The notes under the pieces are model-generated. The model did no database searches. It was not told the DNA's origin and was given only the letters and a program-made list of their open reading frames with translations. DNA of 64,000 bases from Gracilinanus agilis (lineage: Eukaryota): positions 90,590,655 to 90,654,654 of the forward strand of contig NC_058130.1 of NCBI RefSeq assembly GCF_016433145.1. Direction: 5' to 3'. This document shows, piece after piece, positions 57,150 through 64,000 of the stretch. The number at the start of each line of letters is the position of its first letter. Position 1 is the stretch's first letter. A program made the translations under genes and the position numbers.

Positions 57150-57700
57150 GCGGGCCACGCCTCCGCCCCTGATAATCCCACCCCCTCCCTCCTCCGCCAC
57201 CCCCTCATCCTACAGGCCTCGCGTAGCTCTATATTCAGATTTCGCGCCTCGTTCCTCTTTCGTCACTTCCGCTTCGCGTACGGAAGTCACTCTGACGGAG
57301 CCAAATTTGAAGAGAGACTAGGAGTTTACGTATCCTGTGGCTACTGCTCGGGTTACCGGGAGTCTGCGGGCCTGAAGGCCCGCTCCTTTCCCTCAGACCC
57401 TCTTGGTTCAGGCCCCAGACCAACGCAGTTCGCTTTTGACCGGCGCCTCGCGCAGAGCTGCCGGGGCCAGAATGCCGATCCGCGCGCTTTGCACTATCTG
57501 CTCGGACTTCTTCGACCACTTCCGAGATGTGGCGGCCATCCACTGCGGGCACACCTTCCACCTGGAGTGGTGAGTGCGGACAGGCCGGGGGTGGGACCTG
57601 GGGATTACCTCGTCCAGTGCATTGGTGGCTCTTGAGGAAATTGAGGCAGGCTGCGGGGCGAAACGAGGGGCTGCCCAGGGGTCTAGGAGCAGAGCGGGGA
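57150..57700 (+). promoter_or_regulatory. TRAIP: TRAIP CpG-island promoter with E2F, inverted ETS pair and CHR motifs
   Basis: TTTCGCGCC at 57240-57248; ACTTCCG at 57265-57271 and CGGAAGT at 57281-57287; TTTGAA at 57306-57311. Confidence 0.8.
57472..57569 (+). CDS. TRAIP: TRAIP (RING E3 ligase) first coding exon; remainder beyond the window
   Basis: MPIRALCTICSDFFDHFRDVAAIHCGHTFHLEC matches the TRAIP N-terminal RING; 98 nt, donor TG|GTGAGT. Confidence 0.95.
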
Positions 57701-59239
57701 CCCAGATCCAGGCCTCCTGGCCTTTCCTTCGGCTTAGAGTTCATCGAGAAGCAGCCAATAGATCCTTGGATGAAGGGTCCAGAGAGCCGGGACGAGAGCC
57801 AGCCCTGCCCCTTAATTAATTAAGAACCGTGGCTTGAACCCTTGTCACTTGAGCCTGGAGCAAGCACATCTCATCTTTCTTTATCCATCTCCGACTTTTT
57901 CCCCCCACAAAGCGCTATATTTTTTTTTCTGTTGTGATCTTGTTTTTTAATTCCCAATTCATGTAATAACAATTTTTAACATGTTTTCTGTAAATTATAA
58001 GATCCAAATTGTCTCCTTCCCTCCCTCATCCCCTAGAATCCAGGGCCTAGATGGTCAAGCAATTTGTTCTGAGTTATATATCTCCATCTCTTCTTTTTAT
58101 AATTTAATGCTTTATTTTCCCCCAATTACATGTAAAAACAACTTTTAACATTCCTTTTTTTTAAAAATTGAGTTCCAAATTCTCTCCTTTCCTTCCTCTC
58201 CTCCCATCCCTGAGATAGCAAGGAACTTGATATAGGATATATATATTTGCAGAAATACAAAACATTTCCATATTAGTCATGTTTTTGTTTTAATTTTATT
58301 TTCCTTTATTTCTTCTTGATGGAATTCCAGACCTGCTCTTTACTACCTAGGTAACTTTAATCTGTTACCTTTAAGTTTCTGAGCCTTTTCCCTCTAATAT
58401 AAAATGAGAAGATCCAGTTGGCTGATCTCTAAGGGTCTTCCCACCTCTTACCTATGAATTTAGGTCCTTTGTGTTATACCTGAGAGAGGAGTGAGGAAAG
58501 GGAAGTTTTCAGTGGGGGATAGCCGCCCCTTCTGATTGCCAATGCCAGCTCCCAGAATCTATGCATCCTTTCTGAAGCCACTTACTAAAATTGTTGCTTC
58601 TGACACATTTGGAGCCCCTACAATAGATATGGTATAGAACTAAGATATTTTGCCTTCTGTCCCAGAATATTACTTTGAATAAAATCAGTTCCTCAAGTTT
58701 CCTCCTTTGTATGTATGTATGTATGATTTTGTGTTGAGAATATTCTTCCCATCAATCACATTTCCTTTATACAAAAGAAGCTGGGTGTATATATATATTG
58801 AAGCAAAGTTTTACCATGTCAGTCTGAACAAGAGTTTCATTTTTTTCCACAGTAGAGCATCCTTTGAGGGGGCTGATTTTTGGGCTGTTTCATTATGTGA
58901 AGAGTTTAGAATAGGCTTGATTAAAAGGATCAGGTAGCAAACAGATTTATACTGGTTTATTCTATTTAATACTGGACCCAGTTGCATTATTTATGTTCAT
59001 GAACCATACTGAACATCAAATACCACCATAGTCTACCACTAGGGAAACCCTGGAGCACCATTGATCAGAAGCAACACAGGTAGTTACTGTTTGTCCAGTA
59101 TATGAGATTGTTGGCAGGCAAGAATCTTAAAAAAAAAAATTTTTATTTTAGTTTTGCAATATACTTTTCATATTTTTTATTTATTTCATGAACTATTTCC
59201 CACTTACATGTAAAAAGTTTTTATCATTCATTTTTTAAA

Positions 59240-60031
59240 TTAATTTTTATTTAGAATATTTTTCCATGGTTACATGATTCATAATCCCTCCTCCCCTGCT
59301 CTCTTCTCTCCCCTCCCAAAGCTGATAAGCAGTTCCACTGGGTTATACATGTATCGTTGTTCAAAACATATTTCTATGTTATTCATGTTTGCAGTAGAAC
59401 CATCCTTTAACATCAAAACCCTAATCACATCCCTATCACAATACATGATTGAGCATAATTTTTCTGATGCATTTCTGTTCCCACGGTTCTTTCTCTGGTT
59501 GTGGATAGTGTTCTTTCTCATAAATTCCCCTGGATTGTCCTGGATCATTGCATTGTTGCTGGTAGAAAAGTCCATTACATTTGATTGAGCCACAGTGTAT
59601 CAATCTCTATGTACACAACAGTGTACTATGTTCTCCTAGTTCTGCTCCTTTCACTCTGCATCAATTCCTGGAGGTCATTCCAGTTCACATGGAATTTTTT
59701 TGAGCACAATAGTATTCCATCACCAACAGATAGCACAAATTGTTCAGCCATTCCCTGATCAAAGGATATTCCCTTATTTCCCAATTTTTTTTGCCATCAC
59801 AAAGAGCTTTATCTCTTTGGGGTACAAACCCAGCAGTGATATGGCTTGATCAAAGGGCAGGCAGTCTTTTAACGCCATTTGGGCATAGTTCTAAATTGCT
59901 CTCCAAAATGGTTGGATCAATTCACAACTCCACCAGCAGTGTATTAGTATCCCAATTTTGCCACATCCCCTCCAACATTTATCATTTTCCTTTACTGCCA
60001 TATTGACCAGTCTGCTAGGTGTGAGTTTTAG
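59240..60031 (-). mobile_element. 5'-truncated L1, antisense in TRAIP intron 1
   Basis: Reverse complement resembles the 21.3-22.1 kb L1; 15-bp TSD CATTCATTTTTTAAA at 59225-59239 and 60032-60046. Confidence 0.9.
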
Positions 60032-61381
60032 CATTCATTTTTTAAAATTTTGATTTCCAAATTCTTGGCATCCTACCCTTTCTCACTCCTTGAGAAGGCA
60101 ATTTGATATCATTCATACATGTGAAGTCATGAAGAACATATTTCCATATTAGCCATGTTCAGACAGCAAAATTCTTTTTTAAAAGATGATTTATTTATTT
60201 ATTTTAGACCCTCACTTTCCGCCTTAGAATCAGTACTATATATTGGTTCCAAGGCAGAAGAGTGGTAAGGGCTAGGCAATGGGGGTTAAGTTACTTGCCA
60301 TATTCACACAATTAGGAAGTATCTGAGGTGAGATTTGAGCCTAGAACCTCCAGTTTCCAGGCCTGGCTCTCTATCCACTGAGCCACCTAGTTGCCCTCAG
60401 CAAAATGATCTAGGACAACATTAGACCAGTTAGGCAAAAAACCCTCCAAGAAAAGATTTAGGAAAGGTCAGGAAAACATAGCCCAAAGGAATAGGACCCA
60501 GCTGTCGATTTCTGAGAAGTGATCGAATCAAATAACAAACCATAGAGCATAGTCAAAGAGAAAATGGCTCACTTAGGTCAATAGCAGCCTAGGAAGCAGG
60601 GGAGCTGGTCCAAGAGTGACAACTAGCCTTGCCGGTAAGTTCTCTTCATAATTATTTGATAAAGATGGAGGCTACCATCTGTACAGGAAGAGCCATTTTG
60701 TCAAGACTATGATGTCATTAACTATGAAGAACAAAGAGATACAAATACAAGTTTATATTATTTTACCTGTTTCAAGCCTTTCGAGAACAATCTACTTTGT
60801 CCTAATCACGGCCACCTTCTACATAGACTGTTCTGTACTTTATTAGTTGTCATTGTTTATATTATTTAAGTTATGCTTCAGTTGAGAATTTTTTAGCTTA
60901 TCTTGTACACAATTGTTTTCTTACTCAAAACTAATGTTAAGATAGAATAACTAAAATATCTTCTTTAGACAACACTTTACAGTTTACAATGTTTTCTTAC
61001 AATGGCCCTACAAGGTAGAGAATATAATAAAATCTGGTTTGTAAATGAGGAAACTAATATCCAAAGAGACTAAATTATTTGCTTGTAATTAAATAGCTGG
61101 TAAGCGTCATAGATGGGATTTGAACCCAGGGCCCTCAAATTCCAAATCCAGGGCTTTTTTTCTCCATACTATACATGTTTGTTAAACTAAGTAGGAAGGG
61201 CACCTAGGTAGCTCAGGGGATAGATAGTCAGGCCTAGAGGTGGGAGATTCTAGGTTCAAATGTGGCCTTGTACACTTCATAGCTGTGTGACCCTAGGCAA
61301 GTCACTTGATTCCAGTTGCCTAGCCCTTCTCTTCTGCCTTGGAACAAATACTTAGTATCAATTCTAAGACAGAAAGTAAGG

Positions 61382-61668
61382 GTTTTTTTTTTTTTTTCTT
61401 ATTTTTTAATTGAAATTTTTTATTTAATTAGTTGATTTAGAATATTTTTCCATGGCTACATGATTCATGTTCTTTCCCTTCCTCCCCCTCCCACCCCATA
61501 GCCAATGAGTAATTCCACTGAATTTTACATATGTCATTGATCAAGACCTATTTCCATGTTATTAATATTTGCATTAGGGTGATTGCTTAGAGTCTACATC
61601 CCCAGTTATGTCCCTATCAACCCATGTGATCAAGCAGTTGTTTTTCTTCTGTTTCTACTCCCACAGTT
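61382..61668 (-). mobile_element. Short L1 3' UTR insertion into a SINE tail
   Basis: Poly-T start, L1 3' UTR similarity, 12-bp TSD CAGAAAGTAAGG at 61370-61381 and 61669-61680. Confidence 0.85.
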
Positions 61669-62999
61669 CAGAAAGTAAGGCCCCCAAAACAAACAAACAA
61701 ATAAATATATGAGCTTGTTACACAATACCAGAAATCATTGCAGTTTAGGGAAAAGTAGCAATGGTAGGGGAATTAAAATTTCTGATTATCCAGAAGTTAT
61801 TTCCTTCCACATGATTGCAGATAGCTTACACAGATCTTTACCCATAGTTTTTGTTGAGCACACAATGCAAACAGAGTCATACTGAACACCATAGGCCTGG
61901 ACCACAAAGAAAAATTGGACTGTGGGAAAAAGAAGGCTGTGAAATTAAAACATCCATTTTATCAGCAAAATCATTTCTTTGTACTTTCCAGCTGCTTAAT
62001 ATGAAGTGAGAACAACAACTCTAGTGTTTCTCACATTTTTCTTCTGAAATGCAAAGTGTTTAGAGCAGACACTACCTCATTCTTCCTTGCAACTTTTTTT
62101 GTATGGGAGGGAGATGACAAGTATAGTTCTCCCCATTTCTCAGAAACTAAGGAATTTTTTTAAAAAGAAAGAAAAACTGGTAGAATTTGGATAAGAATCA
62201 GATCTCCCCCTGCCTGTTAGGAGACACCTTGCCTCCATGTTCCTAATTGACTCAAATTATTAGCTGTTTGACTAAGGATGAATCTTGAATGCAGACTTTG
62301 CTGTTCTTCAAAGGTCTATCTTCTTTCTCCAAGGGGTTAGAGTGTAAGATTGTGGGTCCTGACTTGGTTGTAACAAAAAGTATTGTAGACTTAGAGCAGA
62401 GATAGAATCTGCATTAGTCTTTGTAACAAGTTACTTGAGTGCTTCTTACTGTCTATTAAGTGAAATCCCTTCTCCTTAGCTTAGCATTTGACACTCCCCA
62501 TAACTCCATCCCAACCAACGTCTTCAGTTTTATTCTAATGCTACTCCTTTCTGATACAGCCAAGCCAGAAACCTCACCATTCCTCAAGGACCTTTTACTA
62601 CCCCTGTGGCTTTGGCTCACACTGTTCCCTGTACTTTGAATGTATTACATAGTAACAGACTCAAAACAGGAGTCATCCAATTAATAAGTATTTATTAAAT
62701 ACCTCCTATGTGCCAGGCATAATTCAAAAGTGAGAAAGCTCCTCAAATAGCATCCATCTGAGGCAGCTCCTATCCTCAAGGGGCTTACATTCTTTTTTTT
62801 TTTTTAAACCCTATTTTCTGTCTTAGAATCCATACTAAGTATCAGTTCCAAGGCAGAAGAGCTATAACAGCTAGGCAGTGGGGGGTAAAGTGACTTGTCC
62901 AGGGTCACACAGCTAGGAAGTATCTAAGGCCAGATTTGAACCCAGGATCTCATGTTTCTGAGTCTCACAGTTTGTCCACTGAACCATCTTGCTGCCCCA

Positions 63000-63323
63000 G
63001 AGACTTACATTCTACTAGGGGTTCAGGAAAAGTCTCTTGAAAGGGGTAGCATTTGAATTGAACTTTGAAAGGAACCAAGAGTTGCAGAAGGGGCAGAGCA
63101 TTCCAGATAAGGTGATCAGCTTTTACAGAAGGGCAGAAGGAGGAGGCTGAATTTCTCAGGCAAGGTCATTTTGACTGGAATATAGAATGAGAGAAGGAGA
63201 GTATCATACCAGTATAGCCTAGAAAGTTAGCTAAAGTCAGATTGTAAAGGACTTTAGTTGCTAGAGGAGTTTGTATTTCAATATGAAGACAGTGGGGAGC
63301 CACTGAAGCTTCATGTCTGACCA

Positions 63324-63375
<52 letters not shown>

Positions 63376-64000
63376 GTTATATGGTCAAATATGCCAGGAA
63401 TATCAGTTTGATGGCTGGTGGAAAGTGGATTAGAAAGGGAAGAGACCAGAGAGAGCAAGACCAGTTAGGCTCTTGAGAAAATTGTCTGAGCAAGATGGGA
63501 CGAGGGACTAGACTAGGTTATTTTTGCTGAAAGTAGACATGAGGGGACAGATAGTGACTGAGATACATAGAGAAGGTAGACTCAAGATATACCTGCAACT
63601 GGATGGGAGAAGATGAGAGTAATGAGTCAAAGATGAATTTAGGTTGGGATCCCCATTGACTAAAAGGATGATGGTACTCTCTGTAGAAATAGGGAAGTTA
63701 GAATTAAGGTGGGCTTTAGGGGGCAAGATAATGAAATCTGTTTTAGACATGTTGAATTTCAGATGCCTATGGGAAATCCAGGTGGACATGCCAAATAAGT
63801 CATTGGAGCTTAGGAGAAAGATGAGGGCTCTCTCTGTAGACCTGGTAGTCATCTGCATAGAAATTATAGTTGAATCATTAGAAGCTTATGAGATTACCTA
63901 GAGAAAAAAAGAGAGATTACTGATTTGGGATGTTCATGCAGAAGGACTAATATATAGAGGATGAGAAAGAGAACCATAACAGAGAAGTGTCATGAAAATT
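63000..64000 (-). mobile_element. L2 LINE fragment
   Basis: Minus ORF 63508-63858 contains STWISHRHLKFNMSKTDFIILPP, like the L2 ORF2 motif WMSxRHLKLNMSKTEL. Confidence 0.8.
63325..63374. repeat. (CA)25 microsatellite
   Basis: Direct read. Confidence 0.97.

Noticed and set aside
57030-57823. 201-aa and neighbouring ORFs at the TRAIP promoter
   Set aside because: CpG-island artefacts; the real frame starts at ATG 57472 and splices at 57569.
60577-60634. 58-nt AG...GTAAGT segment, the same length as recalled human TRAIP exon 2
   Set aside because: Translates to WSIAA* in the required phase, not LIQWFETAPSRTCPQC; exon 2 lies outside the window.

Overview
Marsupial genomic DNA, most likely opossum (Monodelphis-like). 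The inference rests on tRNA/CORE SINEs with opossum-type tails, Mar1 RTE-tailed SINEs, L1/L2, strong CpG depletion and three N-gaps. The window matches the therian 3p21.31 block ACTL11-CAMKV-TRAIP, all on the + strand. (1) ACTL11-like: an intronless 777-aa ORF (12753-15086) with a ~428-aa extension and an actin fold. It is preceded by ~1.25 kb of apparently decayed coding-like sequence that starts at a Kozak ATG next to an RFX X-box. (2) CAMKV: a complete pseudokinase gene with a CpG-island non-coding exon 1 (~24.9-25.1 kb), a ~19.5 kb first intron and 10 coding exons (44617-51149, 515 aa). It has one GC-AG intron, an upstream RE1/REST site and a poly(A) signal at 53154. (3) TRAIP: the promoter and first coding exon; exon 2 is not in the window. 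Less expected items are a candidate unannotated minus-strand spliced gene at 4.7-6.3 kb, an orphan CpG-rich promoter-like element at the left edge, an ERV-L pol relic, an OC1-like hAT MITE, a 7SL retrocopy, same-site SINE re-insertions and a 29-bp minisatellite. Comparisons with human, mouse or Repbase sequences are from memory and need alignment checks.
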